Shown here: in pieces, positions 12,671 to 26,399 of the stretch
Layout: every line of letters begins with the position of its first letter
Numbering within the stretch: position 1 is the stretch's first letter
DNA from: Octopus vulgaris
Lineage: Eukaryota
Assembly (NCBI GenBank): GCA_951406725.2
Contig: OX597815.1
Location: 71,362,001-71,426,000 of the forward strand
DNA length: 64,000 bases
Reading direction: 5' to 3'
Position numbers and translations under genes: made by a program
Notes under the pieces: generated by a model
The model's database searches: none
Seen by the model: the letters and a program-made list of their open reading frames with translations, nothing else
Told to the model about the DNA's origin: nothing

Positions 12671-14759
12671 TTCCTCATGTTAATATACATATTTAGAGAA
12701 AGGACAGTATGATGTTTATTTGCATGCAAGGAAGATAACTAAGGAAATGTTCCTATTTATCTATCTAGGACACATCAATATACTGTACTCTTTTGAAGCT
12801 TGCAGATTTTTGGAGAGATTGTTTGTATATATAGCACAAAAGTTACGAATAAGTTACGAATTATTTTGGACCAGTATTATTTAGATAATCAAAAATAGAA
12901 TGACCAAAGAGAAGTAATTTAATGGATTAATGGCGGGAATATGGATAATTACGTTAAGAGATGGTGTAGTGAATGTCGTACACATAATGTACTTAATTGA
13001 ATTTCCCCATTTAGTTGGAGAATGAAAACAAAACGTAGCAGTAACTAATAGCGACAGGCCATCCCAAGAAAACGGGAGAGAATTTTGAGATATAATAATT
13101 AATTTCTCGAATTAATTTACATACGTAAGTAAAGTACAGTCTAATCTGTGTTTGCAGTCACGGAACAGATACACTCCTTAAAATATGGAAAAGGACTCTA
13201 CCTGCAAATAGCACAATGTAAGAAAACGATTTCACAGATCCGTCATCAGGGAAGGCTAGGGTTAAGTCACAGTAGATAAATTTGATATGACTTGAGGCTT
13301 TCATCTCATATCAATTAATGTACAGCCAATCATCAACCAGTTACAAACAATTCACTCCATTTCTACACAAGACTCCTTCCTAACAAGAAGAATTTTCTTG
13401 TGCTTTTGAATCCAGTTGTTGACCTTATCTGATTACTTCATTTTATAATGTAAGTATTAGTTCTAAAACATGGGTGCCTTTTGCTACGAATATGAGATTA
13501 ATATTAAGGGTTTTGACAGTATTATGATTTTATAAGTCACCATTTTCATTGTAGTGGGAGTTTATGGTCTTAGATTAAATTATGTATTTACGTTGCATTG
13601 CAATACATTGATACTAGAGTCATGATGCAGTTGATATTTTTATATTGCTGTGATTTTGACAATAACGTTACAGAAGTCAGGATACCGTGATTTTAGATCA
13701 AATTGTTATTTTTAGAATGCTGCGGTTTTAGATAATGATGATATGAGTGTCACAATACCGTGATTTTATAAGTTGTTATTTTCACATCACTGTGATTTTC
13801 AAGGATTTATTTTACATAAAGTTGCTATTCTAACATTGTTGTCATTTTGTGATGTAGGCTTGCAAGATATTACTCTTAGATATTTTTTCAGAAATAATAT
13901 TCTTAAATATTTGTCCTTTTACATTTTCGAGTAGAAAATTTGATGGAAATGAAACTTCGAGTAAGAAGTTTGGAGGAAATGCGAAAATAACCCTGAAGAA
14001 CAAAAGGAAAACAACGCTTCATTCCATATTTAACAGCTGACTGACATCACTAAATATGTTCTAGTTTGCTTGGTGATGTTTTACTATACTGGAGTTACAT
14101 TACACGCAACCATAAAATTATGCAAACTTAACACCAGTTCAAATATGTTTGACTATGGTGTTTTAACACCATTTTGTCTGAAGCAATAATTTTTCTTTAC
14201 GACAAACTGCAGTGTTCAAATATCTTTCAAACATATTTTGACTAGCCTTCAGTTTGCATATTTTCTGTCACTGCATCGCACTTTTACTCACGCATAAAAC
14301 TATGATTTCAAAAAGGGAGCAAAGGTTTACAAGTAGATTGTCATGTGGGATTAAACAAATATTCGTCGTGACCTATTATTTTCTACACGAAGGGGCATTC
14401 CACTATTGTGCAATTCTTTCCATAGCTGTTTCATCGTGGAACACAAGGTGTACAAAGAATCATATATCATATATCGAGCAATTTCATCAGATACGCACAA
14501 GTGAATGCAGCAAACTTTAAAACCAACAAAGGCAAACTAGAAAAGATAACGGTGTATCAGCTTGATAAAGCTACGAAACGATTTTTAAAGGAAAACTGAG
14601 AAAAAATAGTTTCCAGTATTATAAAGGTAAGATATTGTTGCTATATGATTTTTATGATCAGTGTTTCATATGGATTTTCAATAATTCCGCACAAAAAGAA
14701 TGATAGAAACCTAGTAAAGGCAGATGAAACAATGGGAGATATATATAAGCATGTATGCG

Positions 14760-14842
<83 letters not shown>

Positions 14843-14844
14843 CA

Positions 14845-14875
<31 letters not shown>

Positions 14876-14880
<5 letters not shown>

Positions 14881-15545
14881 GCAATAGAGGACAATAAAAC
14901 ATTCGGACAGATAGGCGATACAAAGCCTACAGGGAAAACAATTAGAAAGACAAGGAAAAAAAAGGACAGATCATTCGTAGCCTTCTTTCTTCAGTCAAGT
15001 TACCAGATGTCCTTACTGTTTCGGACAGTTACACTTGAGACAGTTTGATCTGGTTACCCACCAAAAAAAGGCTAAGCTAAGAGCATTAGATTTTTTTGTA
15101 AAAAAGCAAGCGAATGTGTACAGCAACAAAGACAAAAAACGGAGAACATGGTACACAATTACAAATACAAACAACAAGAATATAACAACAGGTGTCTTTT
15201 GATTGAGAACGAATCAAGTTGAGCTGACGTGTATGAAGTGGAAGTCTAAAGGCAGGAACATAGGAGATAAACTTAAGAGGTGTTGGCGGTCGGCAGTCAG
15301 GCCAAGAAAGAAAGATCATGGCTAGCGGGACACCGGTCACGTGGAAGGGGGAGAGAGGTGTAGGGGTAGCAGGATTGAAGGATTAAAAAAAATCAAAGAG
15401 ACAAAGGGAAAGGTACAGAGGAGGACTGAAAAAAGAAGGCCACGAATGATCCGTCCTTTTTTTCCGTGTCCTTCTAATTGTTGTTTCTGCTATCTTACTT
15501 TGTATCATATATCTGTCCGAATGTTTTATTGTCCTCTATTGCGTT
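14876..15545. mobile_element. ~670-bp element with ~120-bp imperfect terminal inverted repeats, next to (TA)n
   Basis: GCAATAGAGGACAATAAAACATTCGGACAGATA...TTCTTCAGTC (14881-14996) is the reverse complement of GACTGAAAAAAG...TATCTGTCCGAATGTTTTATTGTCCTCTATTGC (15424-15542). Confidence 0.75.
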
Positions 15546-15612
15546 TTCGTTCAATTTTTATATTTATATATGCATATAGTGGCGTACGTACACGCTTATG
15601 CTCACCTTATAG

Positions 15613-15700
<88 letters not shown>

Positions 15701-15718
15701 CATATATATATATATATG

Positions 15719-15776
<58 letters not shown>

Positions 15777-16081
15777 TGTGTGTGTGTGCTGTTTACATCG
15801 TACTGATTTTGAAATTTTCAGAGAACGTGAAATGATTAGCTTTTAATGGTGAACTCGAAATAGATGAAGGTATAAATAATAGCGTGTAAATATTTGCTTA
15901 AAAACTGTCTAGAGAGAAGAGTTAAAGTTTTTTAACCAATTATTTACATGCTATTATTCTAGTTTTATCTACTTCGAGTTCAACCGTTAAAAATGAACAA
16001 TATGTGTGTGTGTGTACAGACAGACACACACACATGCACACACACATAATACATACATACATACATACATACATACATACA

Positions 16082-16117
<36 letters not shown>

Positions 16118-16233
16118 CATACATACATGCATGCATGCATACATACATACATACATACATACATACATACATACATACATACATACATACATACATACAT
16201 ACATACATACATACGTATATACATACATATATA

Positions 16234-17270
16234 CGAGGGTCGGCTGAAAACTTTATAAGCCGACCAAGATACTCTTGTGGAATGTAACCAAAATGAGGTT
16301 TATTTTTCAACATAGTTCCCTTGTGGTCCGCATAGTTCTATCGGTGTCGTAGTGCTTTGATCCCATTGGTGAAGAAGATTTCATGATGTTGGTCAAAACA
16401 AATCAACACCAGATAAGATGCCATGATCACTGCGACACTGGTTTCTAACTAAGTGTGTTTTCTTGTTGGGGAACAGATGATAGTTAGGATGGGGCCAAAT
16501 CAGGAGAATAAGGAGGGTGATCAACCGGTTTAACGCCACAGTCACGCACAGCAGCCATGGAAAACAAGGACTTGTGTGCTGGGGCATTCTCCTGATGAAA
16601 CAAGACTCATTTCGTCAGTTTTCCTAGGTATTTGATCTTGATAGCCTTTCGTAACTGTCTCAGCAAGTTGGCATAGCACTCATCATTGATAGTGTGCCCC
16701 TTTTGAAGATAGTCAATAAACACAATGCCTTTTTGCATCCCAAGAAACTGAGACCATCACCTTCCATGCAGATGAAACAATTTTGGCCTTCTCTGGAAAA
16801 GCTGAAGTGGGTTGTTTCCACTGCAAGGATTATCACTTTGTCTTTGACTCAAAGTAATGAACCCAAAACTCATCCTGGGCTAAGAAACGTTTGAGGAGAC
16901 CAGCTGGATCTGCTTCAAGCAACGTCAGATTTTCCCGTGATGTGATCAGCCTGATGCGCTTTTGATTGGGTGTCAGAGGACGTGGAACCCACAGAGCAAA
17001 AACCTTCGACATTCCAAGTTCATTGTGCAGAGTATTCTCAACTCTCTCACAGGATATGCTAACAGCATTGACTATCTAATTTATAACCAATCGTCTGTCA
17101 TCCATCAGCATATGGTGAACACGATCAATGTTTTTTTCGATAGTGACATTTGCAGGACGCCCAGACTTTGGGTCATCTACAAGTCTCTCCTTTCCTCTCC
17201 TAAATTCAGCTACCGACTTTGGCAATGTTGATAAAACTGGAGCGTCATCCCATAATGTAGCGACCGTGTC
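16234..17270 (-). mobile_element. Mariner transposon remnant, 5'-truncated, transposase pseudogene
   Basis: TA|CGAGGG terminus; minus-strand motifs EFRRGKERLVDDPKSGRP, LWVPRPLT (WVPHEL-type), FHQENAPAH and HPPYSPDLAPS. Confidence 0.9.
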
Positions 17271-17439
17271 AGCATAATTGTTGCAGAGTACAATCTGAGA
17301 AGCGATGTTGTCTAAGCAGGAGTAGCTCATTTTGACGTCATGAGCTTATAGTACTTATGGGAAATTTCACTTTCGAAGACAACTAAAACAATTCCAGTCA
17401 ATTTTTTTATTAACCATGAGGTTGAGAAAAAGAAGGGAC

Positions 17440-18050
17440 GATACGAGGACAGACAAAACAAACATTGGGGTCAGGGTATCGAATAAGACGAAACGTATGA
17501 ATAAACAAACAATTAAAATACATACAATTAAATGAGAATGAGTGATTTACAAAAAATGAAACGGAGGACACGGTCGACCCACAAACCATATACTCTCACT
17601 GAAGTCTTTGCTTTCTCCTTTTTATATTCTCGTTTAGACAGGTTCTTTCACTTGCAACATACTTGCTATAGACTTCCATCTTTTACGAAACACACTTTGG
17701 ACAGGCATTTCTTCTCCAGCCTTATTTTCCGTTTCATGTGGAATACGAAAAAGTCAATTAGCTCGAGATTGGAGATGAACATGCCTGTTGCAATTCCTTT
17801 CACTCTCGTCTTCCATACTACTTCTTTCGCAACAGCAACTACCGAGAGAAAACAGGCTCGCTCTTCCCTATTCAGGGAGGTCGGCGGAACGATCTTAATT
17901 ACAGATTCGCTCGACAGTTGTTCTCTTCTCGAATGCGACAGCAGGTGTTCGACATAAGCCCAGAGCTCAGTAACCTTGGGGCATTGCACAAACGCGTAGA
18001 GGACAGTTTCACTGTTCTGCTCGCATCTTGCACAGTGGCAAAGCAACAGG
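17440..18050 (-). mobile_element. L1/Tx1-type LINE ORF2 3' fragment with zf-RVT-like knuckle
   Basis: ORF 17666-18046: CARCEQNSETVLYAFVQCPKVTELW (C-x2-C..ET..[H]..C..W) followed by AKEVVWKTR. Confidence 0.75.
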
Positions 18051-18287
18051 TAGGAAGAGAGAGAAAGAGAGCGAAAGGTGAAAACTTCGTTGTGGACTAT
18101 CTAACACTTACTGTTTGTCTGTCTGCCTCTCTCTCTCTCTCTCCCTCTCTAGGTATGTGTTTGTGTATGTTTGTGCATATATGTGTATGTTTGTATGTAT
18201 ATGATTGTGCGCTGGATCTCTCTCGAGATACCAGCGAACCACAAAATCGAACCAGCCAGCATCACTACTACCTACCTACACTACCTA

Positions 18288-18327
<40 letters not shown>

Positions 18328-18330
18328 ATG

Positions 18331-18362
<32 letters not shown>

Positions 18363-19302
18363 TGTATGTATGTATGTATGTATGCATGTATGTATGTATG
18401 TATGTATGTATGTATGTATGTATGTATGTATGTATGTATGTATGCATGTATGTTTATCCCACCACCACCATTGCTTCACACCGACGCTGGTGCATTTGCG
18501 TCTCTGTAATTTAGCCGTTTCAGCAGTAGAAACTGATAGAATAAGCACCAGCCTCACAGCGAATAAGTCCAGGAGTCAATTTCTTCGACTAAAGGGTGGT
18601 GCTCTAGCATTGTCCCCGTCAAATGACTGAAACAAGTAAAACAATACCAGAAAAAAGTTCCGTACCACTAAACCAAGAAGGTTCTTTGAGCATGTACGAT
18701 ATATTCTAAGGTGAAATAGTAATTCCGTTTACATTTTTGTAACAGGTATTTTGGTTGGATTATATAGTCATTGGTGTTACATTACTTCCTATATTCTGTA
18801 ACTGTCACAATATATTTTTCTAGGCCTGAAATTTTTGTTGGATGGGGTCCAGTTGATTAGGTCAACTCCAGTACACAACTGATACTTAATTTATCGAACC
18901 CCAAAGGACGAAAGGCAAAGTTGACTTCAGCAGAATTTGAACTCAGAACGTAAAGGCAGATGATCATAATATACAAACATTTCTCATGGCACCAATACAC
19001 TGTTTACAGACGCTTACATTTTTAATGTTTTCCGTGAATTTTTCACGGGTCCAGCTTGTACGCATTATTGCATTAATATGATTAAACAATAGCTGTATAT
19101 CTGCACGCCTTTCGGTAAGAGCACTGTTCTCGAACCTATTCGTCTGAAAACAGGCAGGCATACAGCTATTATTAGATAATATTAATGCAAGAATGTTTAT
19201 AATGCGTGAAATACTCGGCAATTACCAGCCGATACTACTGCACAAACAATTGTAGTAACTTGGATTAAAGCCTGTTCATTCCATCTTCATGCATTAAAAT
19301 TC

Positions 19303-19404
<102 letters not shown>

Positions 19405-19409
19405 ATGTC

Positions 19410-19950
19410 AGGTCACTTTCGAGTGCTACTGGTAACATGTAACCCAGTACAACCTGTTGCATGGTCGGGTCGTCGGCGACTAAACCGGCAACCCCACCAA
19501 GCAAGCTTGGTGAGGAGGGTGTTTAATGGACACCCTGTGGGATGAAAAGCAAAACCTGTGTCAAAGGGCGGAGGAACTCTTGAGAGTCAACGGCCATCCA
19601 ATAAATGTCTTAAGGATGTATCATGCGCGGGGACATAGAAATAATCGGACTGAATACCCGATCGCGCGGTTAAACCATTGGGAGGGAACGACTCCTAGCC
19701 TTTGTTAGGGCACCCTTCTAGGAGAAGGTAACTCAGGTAACTGGGATAACTCCGACATAAAACCTGCGGCTCAGTGGTTACTGATGATGTTGACTTGTTC
19801 TTCTTTTCGGATTATGGCTGTTATTGCTTAGTAAGTGGGATTGACTCAGTGCACAGCCTTTCTCCATCTTAAAAAAAATCTTCTTGCACAGGCATTGCAC
19901 GATAACAACATTCATTAAGCTCCGTGCAATGACCATACTCGATAACGAGG
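19410..19950 (+). mobile_element. GC-rich element resembling an RTE-LINE 5' UTR, embedded in (TATG)n
   Basis: Contains GGGCACCCTTCTAGGAGAAGGTAACTC, similar to the RTE 5' UTR motif GGCAACCAGTCTAGGAGAAGGAAAACTC; clean microsatellite flanks. Confidence 0.5.
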
Positions 19951-20095
19951 GGGCAGCCACCATGTATGTATGTATGTATGTATGTATGTATGTATGTATG
20001 TATGTATGTATGTGTGTATGTATGTACGTATATATATATATATATATATACATATATGCATGTATATATATATATCTATATATATATATACATGC

Positions 20096-20144
<49 letters not shown>

Positions 20145-20149
20145 CATAC

Positions 20150-20180
<31 letters not shown>

Positions 20181-20203
20181 CATACATATATATATATACA
20201 TAC

Positions 20204-20297
<94 letters not shown>

Positions 20298-20469
20298 TAT
20301 ACATTCAGGTATGTTGATGCAAACAGGAATAATAGAACTCAAAATATCAGTATATGTATACTTCTTATTAATATTTACCAGAAGTAACACAGTGATTCAT
20401 GGTCCGGATAAGTGCCAACGCACGAAACTTTCTGACTTTGAGTCACTCTGTTACTTCCGCTAAATACTA

Positions 20470-20503
<34 letters not shown>

Positions 20504-20518
20504 ATCTGTGTGTGTGTG

Positions 20519-20550
<32 letters not shown>

Positions 20551-21436
20551 TGTATGTATGTATGTATGTATGTATGTATATTAATTCAGGGTTACCAAGT
20601 TGTCACCCTTTTATGAAAATATCAGTTTATATAAGATGTTAATCAATAATTAGTATGTGTCTGTGTATATTGTATTCATATTGCCGTCTTTTTTTAAATT
20701 CTATTTGGTATTCTAAACTGTAATTTTAAACCTTCTGATAATTTGATTTATCTAAACAAAAAAAGTTTCATTTATTCTTAGTTGCTTAGTATTCACCACC
20801 AAATATATCACTTAATGTATAATAGGTAACTGCTATTTTCTGTGTTAATGAAATAAATTTTATCTCCTATATATATATAATACTAATTCCAGTTTTCTGT
20901 CGTTGTGAGTACATTTCATGATGCTGAACACAATAAGATTTAATTATTATTATACAACGCTATTGCATCACTGTTGTATGTAAACTTAGCTGCATTCAAT
21001 CTAATTGAGACGTATATCAAATTTAACTGAAATACATTAAACTCAATTTGGCCTACATTAAGAGAAAAATTCATAATTGTGATTGCAATTTTAAGAACAG
21101 CTTAGTCTATAAATCAAGTGTATTATGATGACTGTTATATACATGGTACCATAACTCTAACTACGAAACTTGCCGTCTATCTATCAATGCTTCTCATATA
21201 GTATAAGTACACGAAGCAGCGAGTATTAAAATGTATAACACATTCTTCGTCAGTAAAACGTGAAAGGCATTCGCTGCTGGATTTTGCTTCGTTATAGTGC
21301 ATACAACTGTAACCATCTTTATTTTAATCCTCGCTGCTTCGTATGTTTAAATTAAATTAATTCCAACATGGCAATTGGCAATTTTCAGCACGTGCCAGCA
21401 ACTGCATTGTTTAGATGCAATTTTATATATATATAC

Positions 21437-21474
<38 letters not shown>

Positions 21475-21640
21475 TGGTATGTATGTATGTATGTATGTAT
21501 GTATGTATGTATGTATGTATGTATGTATGTATGTATGTATGTACGTATAGAAACACTTCAGTAGCAGAGATTGCCCTCGGTCATTTAGCTTAGCTCCAAA
21601 TGATCGAGTGTTTGCCACTGAAGAGTCCAAAACCACGCCA

Positions 21641-21721
21641 AAAAACCGTGTCTAGTTGTTTGTTGACAGCACATGAAGCTCGGCTTCAAGTGTTGTCAGC
21701 AGACTATTGAACACGGTTTTT
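21641..21721 (+). other. 81-nt imperfect hairpin rich in G-U pairs
   Basis: AAAAACCGTGT...ACACGGTTTTT closing stem, GTTGACAGCAC/GTGTTGTCAGC and TGAAGC-TCG-GCTTCA apical stem. Confidence 0.6.
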
Positions 21722-21879
21722 CGCCTAAAGTCGATTGAAAGAAAATTTTCTTAGAAGAAATCCCACAGCGAAATCCTTCCAAGTTCCTGTGTACATGAAC
21801 AAAGTAGAAATAAATGTACACAAATTTATTTTTTTATATGTACTTAGTTAAATGTGTTTTCATATACTATAGAAATACT

Positions 21880-22690
21880 AGGTGCAGACATGGCTGTGTG
21901 GTTAAGAAGCTCTCTTTGTAACCACGAGGTTTCGGGTTTAGCTCCACTACGTGGCACCTTGAGCAAGAGTCTTCTACTAAGGCCAACTTGAGGGTGAATT
22001 TAGTAGACGGAAACAGTGTGAAATCCCGTCGTGAAACTATGTGTGCATGTGTTTGTGCCGGTGATTAGCTTGTTACGAGATCGAGACATAGCGGTTCGGC
22101 AAAAGAAACCGATAGAATAAATACTAGACTTCTATGATAATAAACGCGAAATTCTGTCTGTCTGGGAACCCTGTATCTCAATTTACATTTGCTCTACATA
22201 GATATATTATACTTTTTTTGGAATCAAGATGATCCCGGGATTGAAAATCTGCCGTTCACTTGGTTCTTGAACATCCAGCATAGTGATCTGATTTAAAAGC
22301 ATTTGAGTTGTTATGTCTAGCAGATAAAGTCTGACTGATTCACAACATCTTGGTTGGCATTTGTCAGATCACGTCAGAGATCAAGACATTCGCTTCGTAA
22401 ATTTTACGTCGAGATTAGAACTTTGAGACAAATTGTCCAACAGTTAGAATTCAACTCGGAACTGGAGCAATAGAATGATTACATTACAGAATTAATTCTT
22501 ATCCGTCCTTAATCTCCGATTAAACACCACCAAGGCATATAGCCATTATAGACGTATTATAGTCCGCTTTAGTTTGGGGTCCTAGCTGAAAAATCAAGCT
22601 ACTTAAAACAAGTACTGGAATCGATTTGTTCGAATATAACCCTTCATGGTCGCAGTTCAATTACTAAAACAAGTACAGGATAAAGGATAA
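21880..22690 (+). mobile_element. SINE family B interrupted by a ~470-bp insertion (22131-22602)
   Basis: SINE reads through GATAGAATAAATACTAGACT and resumes at TTAAAACAAGTACTGGAATCGATTTGTTCGA. Confidence 0.7.
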
Positions 22691-23036
22691 AAGATATATC
22701 AATGTAAGACTGACATTCAGAATGTAATCTATATATGTTATTGGTAACGTTTAAATATGTCTTATTGTAGTGGAGTTTCTGTTAGTCTTTAACATTTTAC
22801 TTTCCAAACAAGTGTTTATATGTATCATACTTAACAAAGGATTATGGTGTAGTACAATAGTTTTATGCAACCGCGAATTAATGTGTTTATATATAAAAAA
22901 AATGTATTAGATTAATTGTTAAATTTAGCAAAAACCTGCCATAAACTTCGTCTTTTTTTTCTTGTTATTGTTGTTGTTTTACTGAAATAGGATATTTAAT
23001 GGCTAGTAATTAGTAAACGAATTATTATTGTTGTTG

Positions 23037-23817
<781 letters not shown>

Positions 23818-23835
23818 TATTATCATTATTGTTAA

Positions 23836-24170
23836 GGCGGCGAGCTGGCAGAAAAGTTAGCACGCCGGGCGAAACGCGTAGCCGTATTTAGTCTGCCGTT
23901 ACGTTCTGAGTTCAAATTCCGTTTAAATAAGTACCAGTTACGCACTGGGGTCGATATAATTGACCTAACCCGTTTGTCTGTCCTTGTTTGTCCTCTCTGT
24001 GTTTAGCCCTTTGTGGGTAGTAAAGAAATAGGTATTTCGTCTGTCTTTACGTTCTGAGAACAAATTCCGCTGAGGTCGACTTTATCTTTCATCCTTTCGG
24101 GGTCGATAAATTAAGTACCAGTTGCGTACTGGGTCGATCTAATGGACTGGCCCCTCCCCCAAAATTGCAA
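23836..24170 (+). mobile_element. SINE family A, CpG-intact dimeric copy
   Basis: GGCGGCGAGCTGGCAGAAAAGTTAGCACGCCGGGCGAAACG head; the TACGTTCTGAG..AAGTACCAGTT..GGTCGAT block occurs twice. Confidence 0.85.
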
Positions 24171-24171
24171 G

Positions 24172-24225
<54 letters not shown>

Positions 24226-24234
24226 CATTATTAT

Positions 24235-25748
24235 ATGTTTGAGTCTTGCTTTGTATTTGTACAAATTGACTCCAAGTCGCACCCAGAGGCCTCAAGAGAC
24301 AAGTTAGAAGTTCAAACTGGTTTTATGCCTAGGGTGTCATATATTTGTTTTTGCACAGAGTATTGTTCTAGAAATTGCTTAAAACATAAGAAAATTATAA
24401 GTCTGTTTTAAAATTTGAGATTACATAGACAGTATTTTGCGTAGAATAAGGGCAATTTCCATGAGCACTATCTTTTGAATTTCTTCCATTTTTGAGTTTC
24501 CTGGTATCTGAGCTAGGTAACAATCAGCCCCTTTTGCTTTTATTCCTAGGGCACCTATGACAACAGATATTGTTTTCGTTTTGAGGTTCCAAATTTTGCC
24601 AATTTCTATTTCAAGATCTTTATGCTTGCTCAGTTTTTAGTAGGTCTTGACAGATACGTTTATATCGATTCGGACAGTCATATCAATGAGGAGACATGTT
24701 CTTTGTCTGAAGTCTTTCAATAAGATGTCTGGCCTATTTGCATCTATCTTTCTGTCAGTTTGAATGGTAAAGTTCCAGAGGAGTGAGATGTGGTCATTTT
24801 CAAGCACTGGAGGTGGTTTGTGTTCCCACCAGTTTTTTTCATGTGGTAAATCCAGGTTTTTGCAAATTACCCAGTGAATATATTGTGCAGCTCTATCATG
24901 CCTGTTGAGATACTCTGTAGGCGCTAGAAGACTGCACTTGGAAACAACATGATCAATGGTTTCATTTTGTTGTTGACATACACGACGTTGGGCTACTGCC
25001 GTTCTTTAATATGTTGGCCTGGTAGTTCCTTGTAGGTAGGCATTGATCTTGAGCTGCTATGATAAACCCTTCTGTTTCAGATTTTAAGCCAGAGACCATT
25101 AGCCATTGATGGGTCAGGGCTTTGTCAACATCTGCATTATTCGCTCTCTTTGGGTATTTGCTATAGAGAGGTTTTTTCTTGCCATTTATCATTCAGAATA
25201 TCTAAGGCAGCAGTTTTAGCACGGGTTTTCATGCGCTTAGCTTTTTCTGTGCTTGTTTCTTGTATGTCTAATTCCGAAATTTGTTGTATTCGGAATTCAC
25301 TTAGATATTCCTTTGCCTGTTTTGTTACTGAGTATGATGCTTTCTTGTTTTCATGTTTCGAGATAAGTTTTAACATCCAGTCCTCAGAGTTTTTCAGGTA
25401 GGTGTCTAGGCCAATTGTAGTAATCTTCATTGTTATTGCCAGTTGTAAAAGTCCAGGGCCTCCCTCTTTTCTTCACAGATAAAGTCGTTCTATATCTGCC
25501 TTAGGGTGGTGCATTCTATGCATTGTCAACAGTTTTCGTATTTTTCTGTCAAGATTACATATTTCAGTAATTGACCCGTTAACGATATTGAAACTGTAAG
25601 TCACGACTGGTATGGCTAAAGCATTGATCGCTTCGATCCTGTTTCTCGCATTCAGCTCTGTCTTGAGTATTGCTCTTACTCTGCGATAACATTCTCTCCT
25701 AATCCTTTCCTTCATCACTGAATACCTTATTCCGTCCCCTTCAATTAC

Positions 25749-25750
<2 letters not shown>
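24235..25750 (-). mobile_element. R4/Dong-clade RLE-type LINE, 5'-truncated, inserted in (TAA)n
   Basis: Minus-strand ORFs RVRAILKTELNARNRIEAINALAIPVVTYSF, HHPKADIERLYL and LKSETEGFIIAAQDQCLPTRNY; then ETIDHVVSKC..RHD (zinc-knuckle remnant) and RPDILLKD..LIDMTV (PD-(D/E)xK nuclease). Confidence 0.88.
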
Positions 25751-25799
<49 letters not shown>

Positions 25800-25801
<2 letters not shown>

Positions 25802-26390
25802 TTTGGCTTTTGCTTTGTATTTGTACAAGTTGACACCTAAGACCTCAAGAGACAAGTTAGAAGTCCAAGCTGGTGTTATGCCTAGGGTGCCATATATTTG
25901 GTTTTGCGCAGAGTATTGTTCTAGAGAATGTCTGTCAAAATATAGGTATATTAGAAGTTTGTTTTAAAAGTAATTTGATTATAAGATGATCGTCTGATGT
26001 TAAGATGACAGTAAAAAGTGTTTGCTGTTATGTACATTTAAAAGTATTTTGATACTGTTTACGGATTAAAATATTTGGGGGATTAAATAGATGATATTTT
26101 ACGTAGGATATGGGCTGTTCCCATGAGCACTATTTTTTAAATTTCATCCATTTTTGGATTTCTTATCATCTGAAATCTGTAGCAATCAGCCCCTTTTGCT
26201 ATCATTCCTTAGACACCTATGACAATAAGTATTGTTTTAGTCTTGAGGTTCCACATTTTGCCAATTTCTATTTCAAGATCTTTATACTGACTCAGTTTTT
26301 GGTAGGTCTTAGATACATTTATGTCGATTGGGGCAGTTATATCGATGAGAAGGCATGATTTTTGTCTGAAGTGTCAAGGTTGATATGAAA
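25800..26390 (-). mobile_element. Second, more degraded R4/Dong 3' end
   Basis: Shares CCTCAAGAGACAAGTTAGAAG, ATGCCTAGGGTG and GCCAATTTCTATTTCAAGATC with 24290-24620. Confidence 0.8.
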
Positions 26391-26399
26391 GTGACCAGC

